A stretch of DNA of 64,000 bases, taken from NCBI GenBank assembly GCA_946965045.2, contig OX337229.1:3534001-3598000 (forward strand). Reading direction: 5' to 3'. The DNA comes from Epithemia pelagica. Its lineage: Eukaryota > Protista > Bacillariophyta. This document shows, piece after piece, positions 15,243-25,766 of this stretch. Both the position numbers and the translations under genes were made by a program. How positions within the stretch are numbered: position 1 is the first letter of the stretch; each line of letters opens with the position of its first letter. The notes under the pieces were generated by a model that searched no databases, was not told the DNA's origin, and worked only from the letters and a program-made list of their open reading frames with translations.

Positions 15243-17051
15243 TCACCCCGATACCTCTTCTTTTTCTTCAAAAGCATTGGATCCCAAGACTTCCACATGC
15301 AAGAAGGCACAGGCACGGCCCCGTTGACAGCCATTTTCATCCATGTGAAACGCAAAGCAGTGCTGTGAGTGTTTTGTCTTCCATTTATTCATGGCTTCGT
15401 TGTGCGGAAGGGCCTTGAGAGTAGTCAGTATCGCACAGGTCGGAAGTTCTGCGCCAATGTGCAGATAATGCATTAGATCTGATTTTCCTTCTCGTTTTGC
15501 CTTTCTCATCATTCGAGCTTCGTAGGCCTTGCGTTTTCCTTCTTCCTGTCTCTTTCGGTCTAGCGCGTCCTTCTCTTTTTGTGCCTTTGCTTTATCAAAC
15601 ACAAACAACTCAGGTTTCTCTTGATACAGTCGAATCTTTTGAATGATTGAGAGTAGTTCGTCAATTGAATTGGCCGAAATGCATTCTTCCATTAACTGGT
15701 ACTGATCTAACAGTGCCTTTAGAATACGTCTCGTATGAAAGATCACCGAACGCATTTTCACTGGATAAAGAGTAGCAAGTAGCAGATACTCACGGGCAAG
15801 AACAAGTTTATCCGCTGATTTTGACTTCAGCATGTCCAACAATTCCATTGAATGTGTGGAGGAGTCTCCAGATTCTGAGCTGGCAAAGCTCAACAATTGA
15901 CGGACTGAATGCTCCACTTTTAACTTCTTTTCAAGGTAGTGTTTGCCATTTTCGTCCAACCGTGTGGCATCGTTTCGCACCAATTTGTTCTCTATTGTCA
16001 TTAGCTTTTGGATCTTTTTATCCAACTTGCGTTTCTTCTTTTCCGACATGGTACTTTTTCCAGAGTTTCCCTCCTCATCTTGCTGGTGAAGTCTTGGTAG
16101 GAACAATGCAGGATTGTCCAAAATCCCTTCTGCACTCATGAGGCCATCGGCTTGCGTGAGTTCTAAATTGCGCTTGACATCGCTGTACGTGATTGTATTT
16201 CCATTCGCAATAATCGGTATGTCACGGACAGCCTTTTTGATGGCAAGTACCTGGTCCAATAGCGCCGGTCCATCTCGTGCACCCGGACCTTTCCGTTCCC
16301 AGGATGCACGATAACGAGCGTGAATGGCGATTAAACTGGCTCCCGCATTGCGGAGTCCTTCGCAGAGCTGAATGGTTTCAGGGAGGGTGTTGAGGAGTCG
16401 GATTTTGCAAAAAATGGGAATTTGAACGGCGCGTGCTCCCGATCGTACAATCGAACAAACCAAGTCGCGATCCTTTTCTTCCAACAGGTACGAACCAAAG
16501 TGACCAATGTACGCTGTTCGCTGGGGACATCCAAGGTTCAAGTCAATGGCATCACAAAAAGGTTCCGCCAATCGAGCCGCGGCAGCGAAATCGTCTGGAT
16601 GGTTGGCTGCAAAATGACAGACCAAGGGTCGGTCTTCCGGGCATGTTTGAAATTCCTCCTGGCGATAGGTGGCACTGGTGGCAAATTTTTGTGCCGACAT
16701 CATGGGTGTATACGCCAACTGGGTTCCATATCGTCGACAGAGTAAACGAAAGGCCAACTCGCTGGCTCCCACCATGGGTGCCAAAATATAACGGTGGGGA
16801 AAAGTCACTTCTTTACGATGTGACAGTGATGACGCAACAAGGTTGCTCCCTAAAGAAGACTTCTCCTTCTCAAACTGTGGTGTGAGAGATGGCGTGTCTA
16901 CGGAGGATTCGCCTAGATCTTTGGCGGTACCTTTGCTGGTATTCTTGGTGGTGCGTATCTTCTTGCATTTTTGGATTGATCGGTTTTCAAAGTCATTCTT
17001 TGGGATCTTTTTTCTCTTTTTCTGTATGTTCATGGGCGGTTTATCCCTCAT
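15243..17051 (-). CDS. DUS1: tRNA-dihydrouridine synthase, DUS1-like, with C-terminal CCCH zinc finger
   Basis: Single ORF of 602 aa with ILAPMVG, AYTPM, IDLNLGCPQ, CKIRLL, IAIHAR and IANGN motifs. C-terminal C-x9-C-x5-C-x3-H (CFAFHMDENGCQRGRACAFLH). Confidence 0.88.
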   Translation of the reverse strand: MRDKPPMNIQKKRKKIPKNDFENRSIQKCKKIRTTKNTSKGTAKDLGESSVDTPSLTPQFEKEKSSLGSNLVASSLSHRKEVTFPHRYILAPMVGASELAFRLLCRRYGTQLAYTPMMSAQKFATSATYRQEEFQTCPEDRPLVCHFAANHPDDFAAAARLAEPFCDAIDLNLGCPQRTAYIGHFGSYLLEEKDRDLVCSIVRSGARAVQIPIFCKIRLLNTLPETIQLCEGLRNAGASLIAIHARYRASWERKGPGARDGPALLDQVLAIKKAVRDIPIIANGNTITYSDVKRNLELTQADGLMSAEGILDNPALFLPRLHQQDEEGNSGKSTMSEKKKRKLDKKIQKLMTIENKLVRNDATRLDENGKHYLEKKLKVEHSVRQLLSFASSESGDSSTHSMELLDMLKSKSADKLVLAREYLLLATLYPVKMRSVIFHTRRILKALLDQYQLMEECISANSIDELLSIIQKIRLYQEKPELFVFDKAKAQKEKDALDRKRQEEGKRKAYEARMMRKAKREGKSDLMHYLHIGAELPTCAILTTLKALPHNEAMNKWKTKHSQHCFAFHMDENGCQRGRACAFLHVEVLGSNAFEEKEEVSG

Positions 17052-17195
17052 TTCTCTTGTTCTCGTCCGAAGCCGTTCATTCCATCACATTACTCAATCT
17101 TCCGAGACGACTCTGTAGACACTGGACAGGAGGGAGAGCGCGAAATGCGACCGTCTTTGTGATCAAAGCTCAGTCGCGCACAGAAATCCTGGCTT

Positions 17196-18395
17196 TTGGC
17201 TTTCCCTTCCAGTTCGCAAACGCGTGATCACATGGATCTTTATGGGCATCATCCATCCTGTCTCCTGTCATCATCTCGATACAACGACGACGAGAAGAAG
17301 AAACTCTACCATTGTATGATGTTATTTGCTCGGTCCATGTACGAACAGCGGAAAGATGGCGTAGCACGTCTGGTCTCCAGTCCATGGTTTATTCGATGTG
17401 TCTGTGGGGTGGCAATGGTCGCATTTTTCACCTTGTCCTCCGTTTCGTCGCCGCGGAACAATGGAGGGGACAATCTTCGTGGAGGAGACGACAGCGACTC
17501 CGATCAGGACGAAGACTTGCACATGCTTTTTCAAGGTCCGGTGGGAGAGAATCGATGTTTTGAAGATGACTTTAGCGACCGATCGGATTTGGACAAACTC
17601 GCTACGGAAGAAACAATCGAGACGAACCTCCAAGCCTCCTCTGAATGCCCATGTCCGGATCCACTTGTTCCGGCACAGAGGCCCAACGAACCAGCATGGA
17701 ACAAACATCACCTTCTCATGACCACAGAAGTGAAGCAACAAAAGGAATTGGATGTCTTACTGATTGGGGACTCCTTGACAGAACGATGGAGGGGAACGAG
17801 CCGATACGGACAGCGTACGTTTACCGAGGATTACCGTGGGGTTTTCCAAACCTATTTTAATCGAACGGCAGGAGGCAGTGTCAATGGTTGTGCCGTTGGA
17901 TCTTCAGGGGATATTACGACTGAGACATTGTGGCACTTGAAAAATGGATTCTTGTCACCTACCCCACCAAAACTCTTTTTCGTGTTGATTGGTACCAACG
18001 ATATCGGCCGATCCAAGTGTTCCAAGAAATCAGTCTTGGTTGGAATTCTAAACGTTGCGCAATATTTGCACAAGGTACATCCCGATGTACCCATTTTGTT
18101 TCATGGCTTGTTGCCCCGCTCCGATGATGAAGACGAATCCTCCGTCACGGCCTTGGGAGTGTATTGGAAGAAAATTATGTGGATCAATCGAGAATTGAAC
18201 AGATTCGCCAAGCTACACAAAAACTGGTATTTTATGGACAGTGCTTCCTTATTCCTAAGACGAGACGAGGGTTCAGGTAATTTGGAACTACGCAGTGATC
18301 TTTTCCCGGATGGGTTGCACCCCAACGTGGAGGGCTACAAAATCTGGGCACCACAAATTGTCAAGAATGTCGTAAAGATTCTCGAAAAGCAATAG
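17196..18395 (+). CDS. SGNH/GDSL hydrolase (PAF-AH Ib-like), type II membrane protein
   Basis: LIGDSLTE (block I), GSSGD, LIGTND (block III), PDGLHPN (block V), plus one N-terminal hydrophobic segment. The start codon is uncertain (several Mets). Confidence 0.85.
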   Translation: MAFPSSSQTRDHMDLYGHHPSCLLSSSRYNDDEKKKLYHCMMLFARSMYEQRKDGVARLVSSPWFIRCVCGVAMVAFFTLSSVSSPRNNGGDNLRGGDDSDSDQDEDLHMLFQGPVGENRCFEDDFSDRSDLDKLATEETIETNLQASSECPCPDPLVPAQRPNEPAWNKHHLLMTTEVKQQKELDVLLIGDSLTERWRGTSRYGQRTFTEDYRGVFQTYFNRTAGGSVNGCAVGSSGDITTETLWHLKNGFLSPTPPKLFFVLIGTNDIGRSKCSKKSVLVGILNVAQYLHKVHPDVPILFHGLLPRSDDEDESSVTALGVYWKKIMWINRELNRFAKLHKNWYFMDSASLFLRRDEGSGNLELRSDLFPDGLHPNVEGYKIWAPQIVKNVVKILEKQ

Positions 18396-18671
18396 CACCA
18401 TCACTGGCAAAACCGGCTTAAGGACTTTTTGAGTTCGCACTCTTTCAGATTTCAGAATAAGTACCATAGCAAAAGATTGTTTGACATACTAGAATTATCG
18501 CTCAAGGCCCATGCTAGGTGCTGTCAATGGATCGTTGTCGTTTCAATGCAACGAAGGTAGACATGCATGAAAGCGCTTCCACAAGAGGAAGAACAGGGAT
18601 GAATCCAGCGAAGCATTGACGGATCTCAAATCTCAAAGCAAAATATTTTGGTTGCCATGTCCATGATGCCT

Positions 18672-21600
18672 TCATCTCCGGCGTCTCCGAAAACTTGGTT
18701 TGCGACCTTCTTCAGAAGCTGGTTGTCGATTGTCTTCAGGGCGATTATCTTGTCGCTGACGCTTGCTTCTTCCACCGTTGTCATCCAATGTGATTTCTCC
18801 GGGGTCCACCGGGGATGGAGAGCGACTTCGTTTGGACCCCCTGCTTGGTTCAGGAGCAGACGCTTTCTGCCAACGGCCCTCCAAGCCCCTTGAAGCCGCT
18901 GCTGAAGTTGTGCTTGTTGTCCTCGTGTCTTCAGAAGTTTGGCCTCGACGTGTAGTCTGGCCTGTCCCTGCTGACGATGAAGGTTCATTGCGCGACGTCA
19001 CAGTTGCCCGATCTCGTGAGGACCTGGAGTCGTCGCGCGTCGATCCGCCATGACGGTGGGAAGCTTCTCGTTCCTTCGGTTGGGTCTGATGCAAAGATTT
19101 GGAATCCGACACGGCTCCTGCGCCGCCTCCTCGGTTGCTTGTTCGACTATCTTCATGGCCTTGACTACGATGTGGCGCACGACGATCGCGGCCCCAGCTT
19201 TCTTTGTCTCCAATTTCCTCTGTGATCTTTTCCGAATCCAGTTTGAGTTGTGCCATTTGTTGTTCCGCCTTTTTTTGACGGACCGCCGCGGCAGCCTTTT
19301 CTTTTGACAGTCGCGCTTCAACAGCTTCCGCACTTTCCTCTTTCCACACGCCTTCGTCACGGGCTTTGATGAGCTGTGTGCTGTATGCTTGGGCAGAGGC
19401 ACGCAAATCCGCAAAGGGAAAGCTTTCGTCTTGCATGGGCTGTAAATCCTTCAGAAGCTTGTTTGCTAAGCGTGGTCGAGTTGGGAAGGAACCAACCATG
19501 CGAGTCAAGACTATGAGTGCGTTGCGCGCATGCATGTACTCCTTCGAACGAAGACAACCCAAAGCCGTCATACCAATGGAATGGTGCCACTTATTGTACA
19601 TTTCGATGAAACGCTTGAAGGAGACAGGAACGACTTCTTCCTTGATACCTTCGTCCCTACATACCATCCTGGATACCGTCTTTCCGCCGAGTCCATTATT
19701 GAACTCATCTTCATCATAACGCCATTTGCTTACTGTCATCCATATTTCATTCAACAGAATTGCGACATTTGAGGCTTCTCCTTCGGTAAGCCCAAAAAGT
19801 GATTTCGAAGATGAGACAATCAAGACATCCAGAAGATGCATGGTACTTAAGCCTGGAACCTCAAGACTATGAAGCAACAGAATGAAACGAGCACAGTAAA
19901 GGGCATCATCGGGACCTTTCATACACCGCGGATAGATACATGTACAGAAGAAGAGTGATGCTTCTTGCTGTATATTTTTCTCAGGAACAAAGAAGTGCTT
20001 CGCGTTTGATGCTATTTCGTCTCTGCACGAAGCAACGTTTGCCTTCTGTTCAGTTAGGTCGGTTTTCAGTTTCGTAGCTGTGGCCCTCACACGGGCCAAC
20101 TCGGATGCCTCGTCAGGTTCAGAAGTAGGTCTTGACTGCGAGTTTCCCTGAGATGTGGAGCTTTGTCGACTGAGGCGTTCTTCCTCCTTTGCCAAGCGAT
20201 CAATCTCTGCCTTGTAAATGTCTTCAGGACAATACACGTCATACATTGTATACGTGTAGAAAGTTTCAAAAAGAGATTGTGTGACATGGCTGGTGCGTGT
20301 CTCCGAGGGCATTGCATTTGATGATTCTTTCGATGATTTCGCCGTCGCTAGTTGTTCTGAAGAATTGCCGTCGCTACCTGCCCCACCTGATCCAACAATT
20401 CTTATCAATGGTCGCGCTAGCATCCACGCTGAAGCAACATCAAGCTCATACTCCTCACGAAGAGCACCAAAAGAAGGCAGAGACTTCGCAAAACTGGAAA
20501 TATTGTTCTTTGTCTTTTCTGAGTCAGGCGCCACGTTATCGGGAGATGGATCGGTAAGAAAACCGAGCAGCATCGCTGTCGTTACCTGGCAAGTGTCAAC
20601 CAAATTTCCAATCAACTTAACCGGGGTGTTGTCTTTCAATTTGGGTTCAAAGACGATTTGAAACGGCAGTTGAGAGAGAAGGATGAGCAGCTTCACACCA
20701 ACGTTATCTTTCAGAAGAATTCGTCTCACTGAAGCAGAAGCATTCTTGTTGAACCGTTCAAAAACCCCAAAAGACATGGTCTCTCTCTTCAAGAGCGTGG
20801 ACCCAGCTCTTCCATCAAGCTGAGTCGATGACAAGCTCGCTGCGGGTGCGTAATCGGCAAACGACCAGCCCCCTGCCTCCTTGAGCAACATTCGCAAAAC
20901 CCCAAGTTCCATCACATGTCCTGTACTGACTCGCTCCATCAAATAAGACATGATCCCTCCCATTTCAAGAAACGGGAAGTGCTTGTACAACGCACCAATG
21001 AAGGATTCAAGTGACTGCAGCCACTGGGACACATTCACTCCATCGTCTTTCAGTCTGCTCCTGTTCACACCACCACCACCTGTTCCATCCAATCGGCTCA
21101 AGATACAGAAAGCCAGCACATCCAAGGACAATGGAGTGACGAACCGAAGCGCATCAACCATGACCTGAACAAGGTTGTCATAGGATTCGATCTGACCGAG
21201 AATTGTTGAGAAAACAACAAGTGGGTGACTGTGGCATACTTTGGCGATAGCTCGACACGAATCACGAATTGTGTCTTTGGAGAGTCGCTTCAGGGCATGT
21301 CGTGCGTCTTTACCCGCCAGAATTTCCCCTTGAATCTCCCACAGAGGCTTCATGCTTAGAATTGCGTTGCGCTCTAAACCTGTTCCTCTCCAAGACGAGT
21401 ACAACATGTATCGGGTTTGGTAAGGCAAATGTTGTAAAATCTTCCAAACTTCCATAGATACGGCTGGTGTATGTTTAAACAACCCAATCGATGGCAAAAG
21501 AAACTTTCGCAAGAAGTTGATACATTCTTCCGATGGTTTTTCGTTTTCGAGAGCTGCTGCAAGAAGACGACAAAGTTTGCAGAACAAGGAAGGGCAAAGG

Positions 21601-22925
21601 GCAGAGCAACCAGATTCACGAGTATACTCAAGCTTGTGGACAGAAAAGGAGAGAATCTTCGATAGGCTCGGCGATATATCGCCGTCTTTTCCGACATCTG
21701 GTTCTGGTACAGGCTCTCTTGCCCACAAAGTACCTAGTCGATTGCCAACGTATGGCGTGAGACATCCCTCCACCTCATCGCAGATGGAGCATCCAATGCT
21801 CTCAGGAAACAGACAGCACAGCATTGACCAATATGGCTTGAACAATGATTCAATTGTGTTGAATTGATTCAACTTCAGGAGCAACAAAATCAAGTGAGTT
21901 GTTGGATGGTTGGCGACAGGGGAAATATCCACCGACTTAGTTTTCTCTTCAGACGGCTTGGATGACGAGCCGAGTCTTACTCGCCCCATCGACCTGACGG
22001 TTTCACGTTCTTGTTTTCTGACCGCGTCGTATGTAGATTCTAATACAGTAACCCACTCAGGTAAGCACGTCAGGAATTCCGATAAGTTGAGAACATTGTG
22101 ACGGACCAGAAATGCGGTGTAGCACAAGACTCGGTTTCCATCTTTTGCCGAACTGAACTTGAACGCTAGAAGAGCGGGAAGTTTGTCGAGGGCCATGCCA
22201 CTGATCAGGTGAAGTAATTTAGTCAATCGAGATGTGACTCCCTTTGGAACCTCCACAGTATAAGTTGCACCAGTGCTTTTGATGATGTTTGAGGCTTCCA
22301 ACTCACGGTCGAGAATATCGAGAAGTATGTCGAGGCATCTGTTAGGATCAAGAGAAAATGATGCTATTAAGCGCATAATCATTTCACTGCCTTTTTCGAC
22401 GACAGAAGATGGGGTCGATTCATCTAAAAGTAACACGACGGTATGTAGAAACTTCGCGAAGCCCTCCGACTCTTCCACGGCCAGATTAAATTTATGCTGT
22501 CGATAAAACTGTTGTGTGTTTGTCAAGCGGATTTTTTTCTGCAGCTCTGGTACACTCGTAGTAACACCAACCATTTTAAGTAAAGTGATGTCAAGAATCT
22601 CAAGAAGTGGGTCATGAAGAGAAGGAATATGATGGACCAGCTCTTTGAGGAGATCAATAAGCGGCTCCTGATACGAACCGTCCAAAGGTTCAGCCATTGA
22701 TGTCTCAAGCCATACAACATCCAGGAGAATATTTAATATGGCAGAATTTTCTTTCAACAAGTCCTTGATTTCCAAGAGGCGATCTTTTGACGCAACCTGC
22801 ATTGCCGTGGATGATGAAGAAACGACCGCCTTCACAAGAACATGAAGATATTCCCTTGCTCTTATCCATATGCCGTCTGTACAAGCAGACCTCAGGTCCT
22901 CGATCAAGGGTAAAGTCGTTGACAT
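18672..22925 (-). CDS. THOC2: THO complex subunit 2
   Basis: ~1,417-aa ORF with FYRQHKFNLAVEESEGFAKF, FSLDPNRCLDILLD, HSHPLVVFSTILGQIESYDNL, YPRCMKGPDDALYCARF and EYMHARNALIVLTRM, then an Arg/Ser-rich tail. First ATG is at 22925. Confidence 0.93.
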   Translation of the reverse strand: MSTTLPLIEDLRSACTDGIWIRAREYLHVLVKAVVSSSSTAMQVASKDRLLEIKDLLKENSAILNILLDVVWLETSMAEPLDGSYQEPLIDLLKELVHHIPSLHDPLLEILDITLLKMVGVTTSVPELQKKIRLTNTQQFYRQHKFNLAVEESEGFAKFLHTVVLLLDESTPSSVVEKGSEMIMRLIASFSLDPNRCLDILLDILDRELEASNIIKSTGATYTVEVPKGVTSRLTKLLHLISGMALDKLPALLAFKFSSAKDGNRVLCYTAFLVRHNVLNLSEFLTCLPEWVTVLESTYDAVRKQERETVRSMGRVRLGSSSKPSEEKTKSVDISPVANHPTTHLILLLLKLNQFNTIESLFKPYWSMLCCLFPESIGCSICDEVEGCLTPYVGNRLGTLWAREPVPEPDVGKDGDISPSLSKILSFSVHKLEYTRESGCSALCPSLFCKLCRLLAAALENEKPSEECINFLRKFLLPSIGLFKHTPAVSMEVWKILQHLPYQTRYMLYSSWRGTGLERNAILSMKPLWEIQGEILAGKDARHALKRLSKDTIRDSCRAIAKVCHSHPLVVFSTILGQIESYDNLVQVMVDALRFVTPLSLDVLAFCILSRLDGTGGGGVNRSRLKDDGVNVSQWLQSLESFIGALYKHFPFLEMGGIMSYLMERVSTGHVMELGVLRMLLKEAGGWSFADYAPAASLSSTQLDGRAGSTLLKRETMSFGVFERFNKNASASVRRILLKDNVGVKLLILLSQLPFQIVFEPKLKDNTPVKLIGNLVDTCQVTTAMLLGFLTDPSPDNVAPDSEKTKNNISSFAKSLPSFGALREEYELDVASAWMLARPLIRIVGSGGAGSDGNSSEQLATAKSSKESSNAMPSETRTSHVTQSLFETFYTYTMYDVYCPEDIYKAEIDRLAKEEERLSRQSSTSQGNSQSRPTSEPDEASELARVRATATKLKTDLTEQKANVASCRDEIASNAKHFFVPEKNIQQEASLFFCTCIYPRCMKGPDDALYCARFILLLHSLEVPGLSTMHLLDVLIVSSSKSLFGLTEGEASNVAILLNEIWMTVSKWRYDEDEFNNGLGGKTVSRMVCRDEGIKEEVVPVSFKRFIEMYNKWHHSIGMTALGCLRSKEYMHARNALIVLTRMVGSFPTRPRLANKLLKDLQPMQDESFPFADLRASAQAYSTQLIKARDEGVWKEESAEAVEARLSKEKAAAAVRQKKAEQQMAQLKLDSEKITEEIGDKESWGRDRRAPHRSQGHEDSRTSNRGGGAGAVSDSKSLHQTQPKEREASHRHGGSTRDDSRSSRDRATVTSRNEPSSSAGTGQTTRRGQTSEDTRTTSTTSAAASRGLEGRWQKASAPEPSRGSKRSRSPSPVDPGEITLDDNGGRSKRQRQDNRPEDNRQPASEEGRKPSFRRRRR

Positions 22926-23107
22926 CGTCAATTGCCCACGTACCCTTTAGAAGGACGACCTTTCCTTTCGACGATGGTCTTGTGTCCTCTTAGTGTTAGC
23001 TGTTGAATACTTTAGGTAAGGTTAGCTACCCGATTAGGAGTAAGAATAACGAATAAGGGGTACTACAAGTACCCCCAGCCTCCAGAAGGAGTACAAGCTG
23101 CTTGTAA

Positions 23108-23823
23108 GGCGCATCGGGGTGGTAAAATAAATTCGAGGCAAAAATCAAGATTCGAGTTTCGAGGTTGGTCTAATAGGTTATGAATAGGTTATGTGTACCC
23201 TCGAATCTTGACCTCGACTTTTGACCGAGGCGCACTTTTAAAAATTTTTGGGCCAAAGTGCGCTCCGACCAAAAATCGAGGTCAAGATTCGAGGGTGCTC
23301 TTCTGTCGTACGTTTTCTCACAACTCCAAACTCCAAACATCATCCTCATCTCTTCTTGCTGTTGTCTTTGTCGAAATGCAAACTAGTTTGGGACCGTGTG
23401 CAAAGGCTGACAATACCAACAGACAAACTAGTATTTAGGGTATGTATGAAGCCCCACCCCAGTTGTTGTTGACTCTCCCCTTTCTCGTCGTATCACTTTA
23501 GTGTAGTAACTGCTAGACAACACCATGGACACTTCTCCGTCATTGTCCGAACCTCTTCTTGTTGCTCTTGTCGCAGAGATGTTGCTCTTGTCGCAGAGAG
23601 TAGTGCGTACAGAATGGTTTGTGTCTTTTCCAATCTCGTTCTCGATTCTCGCACGTCGAGCACAGGAAACAGGCGAAACGCGACCTCGAAACTCGAAACT
23701 CGAAATTAATCTTTTACCACCGTGAAAGATCCTAGGTTAAGAATTCGAGGCCCGTAGAAGACCCCACCTCGAAACTCGAATCTTGATTTTTGCCTCGATT
23801 TTTTTTTACCACCCCGATGCGCC
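23108..23823. mobile_element. Non-autonomous PIF/Harbinger-type MITE (Tourist-like), 716 bp
   Basis: 58-bp terminal inverted repeats at 23108-23165 and 23766-23823 (GGCGCATCGGGGTGGTAAAA…TCAAGATTCGAGTTTCGAGGT, 2 mismatches), flanked by TAA at 23105-23107 and 23824-23826. No coding capacity. A 3-bp TAA/TTA duplication is the established PIF/Harbinger signature. Confidence 0.88.
23197..23296. repeat. Internal 42-bp inverted repeat (hairpin) within the MITE
   Basis: Arm 23197-23238 pairs with arm 23255-23296 (37/42 matches, 16-nt loop). Both arms carry the TIR 12-mer TCAAGATTCGAG. Confidence 0.85.
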
Positions 23824-24055
23824 TAACTGTAACCTGTAACCTCCAATACTCCAGAAAACGACTGGGACTAGAGGTAGTGGTATTACTGAACTTAGGTACA
23901 TCTTTTACTCCTCTCTAGCTAGAGCTATCAAGGAGGATCTTGTGGACACCCTTCTGACAGGGATGCCAGTTGTACTCACAATTATAAAGGTAGACAAAAA
24001 ATGATAGATGGGGTGACATACCTCAACCTCTGGCATTGTCCACTAAGAACAATGC

Positions 24056-25766
24056 TTAGTGGTGCATGCAGTTGGCGTAGAATGTTGTCGTAGCTGGCCA
24101 GTCGCTGAACATACCGAGAATGCCAACTTCCGTATCCAGTGCATAAAGGAAGGTGTAAATGTCTCCGTCATTATCGACAGCATCGTATACACTTTGGTAA
24201 TACCATCCACCAGGCTTTTCGTCAACGGCCAGCGTTGTGGAACGTTCTAGAGTCCAGGTGATGATGTCGAAGTCATACTTGAGAGCATACTCAGCATAGT
24301 CGGAAGCCACCATCTTGTCATTCATGTCAGTATCAAGGAGCATCCCTTTATATACGAACGAAACGAAACAAGGAACAGGTGAGATGTTGATCTGTTGGCA
24401 GGCCGCGTTGATATCAGGTAGTAAATCGTATCACTTACACATAGGAGGCGCAAGAATCTTGACGCCGGCACTCTTAATTTCGCTGACATGAGCACTGAAT
24501 TCAGCCATCGAGAAATCGTATGCATCGTAGTTTCCTTCAAGTGCGACGGCCTGATGAAAGCCGGTATTTTCGACCCAGTAAATGGCATCTGACCACATAA
24601 AACTTTGAGGCCAGACTTTGTTTGGATGGACGCCGTACATGATATATTCATCAATCATTTGCTGGGCATAATCCGTTTGGGTGTAGTCTCCTTCAAAGGG
24701 CATTTTGACTTGGGGAGATTTCAACTCCGGAGCGAACTTCACATTGTATTCAAGCATAAGCTCGATACTTTCAGCATGGGTGGGTACTTTGGGACAGTTC
24801 GTACTGTAAAGATCAGTACGCCAGTTGGCTGTACCACCAATGTACTCTTCCACAGTTTCAGCGCCCGATACGCGGGCGTCCATCTTGGCACACATCCTCT
24901 TGATTTCTTCCAAAGTGAAATCGGAAGCACAGCAACGGGGTGCCACTCCGGGCGCAAACGGCGTGGTGCACTTGGCGTTGAGTTCTGGGATAGTGACGAC
25001 ATTCGTCGTAGTATGCAAGTCACATTGCGCATGACGACAGATCAACTGCCTATCTTTGGTAAAAGTAACATCACACTCAACGATGCCTGCACCTTGAACG
25101 ATGGCAGCGGCGTACGACTCGATCTGTAACAGACAAGAACGATGATTTACCTTCTGTGAGATTGTCGAGTCAAGCAACGCATCAAGGGGTCACTTTTATG
25201 TATCTTCTTACCGTGTGTTCAGGAAACTGAAGACAAGCGCCACGATGGCCGATACTGTAGTCGCTAACCTCGTAGTATTTGGTTTCCTTCGCGCAAGCAG
25301 AGAGCTTGTCTTTGAGATACCCTTCATTCATTTGGTCGACAAGCCAAAACGGACGTGGTCCCAGTTGAACAGAGTATGGTGTTGAAGGATCTTCATAGTC
25401 GTTGCCTTTACCCTTGCCCTTGCCTTTTCCTTTACCCTTGGGATAGTAAGCTTTCTTGTACCTGTTCTTGCCATAGTCGTCGTACTTCTTCTTTTGTTTC
25501 TTACCCAGAGCGCGCTGCTTATCGATTTTCGACAGACGAAAGCGAAGACGATAGAACCTTTGAGATAGGTACCAGTTGACGCACAAGCAGCTCCGATCGT
25601 CAACATTATTCTTACCTCCTTGTCCATAGGACTGATGGTGGCTTGAGACGCTCCGAGAAGAGCGGCGAGAACTGTTAGTGCATACAACACCATGATGACT
25701 TCCACTATATCCTGCTTTCACTATCTGACAAGACGACAAAAATGAGAGAACGAGTGTTGGAATCAT
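24056..25766 (-). CDS. Secreted glycerophosphodiester phosphodiesterase (GDPD)
   Basis: Exons 25766-25212, 25123-24439, 24345-24056 (509 aa). [15 protein letters not shown]|[33 protein letters not shown] and IITWTLER are GDPD motifs. The start and exact exon-1 structure are less certain. Confidence 0.85.
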
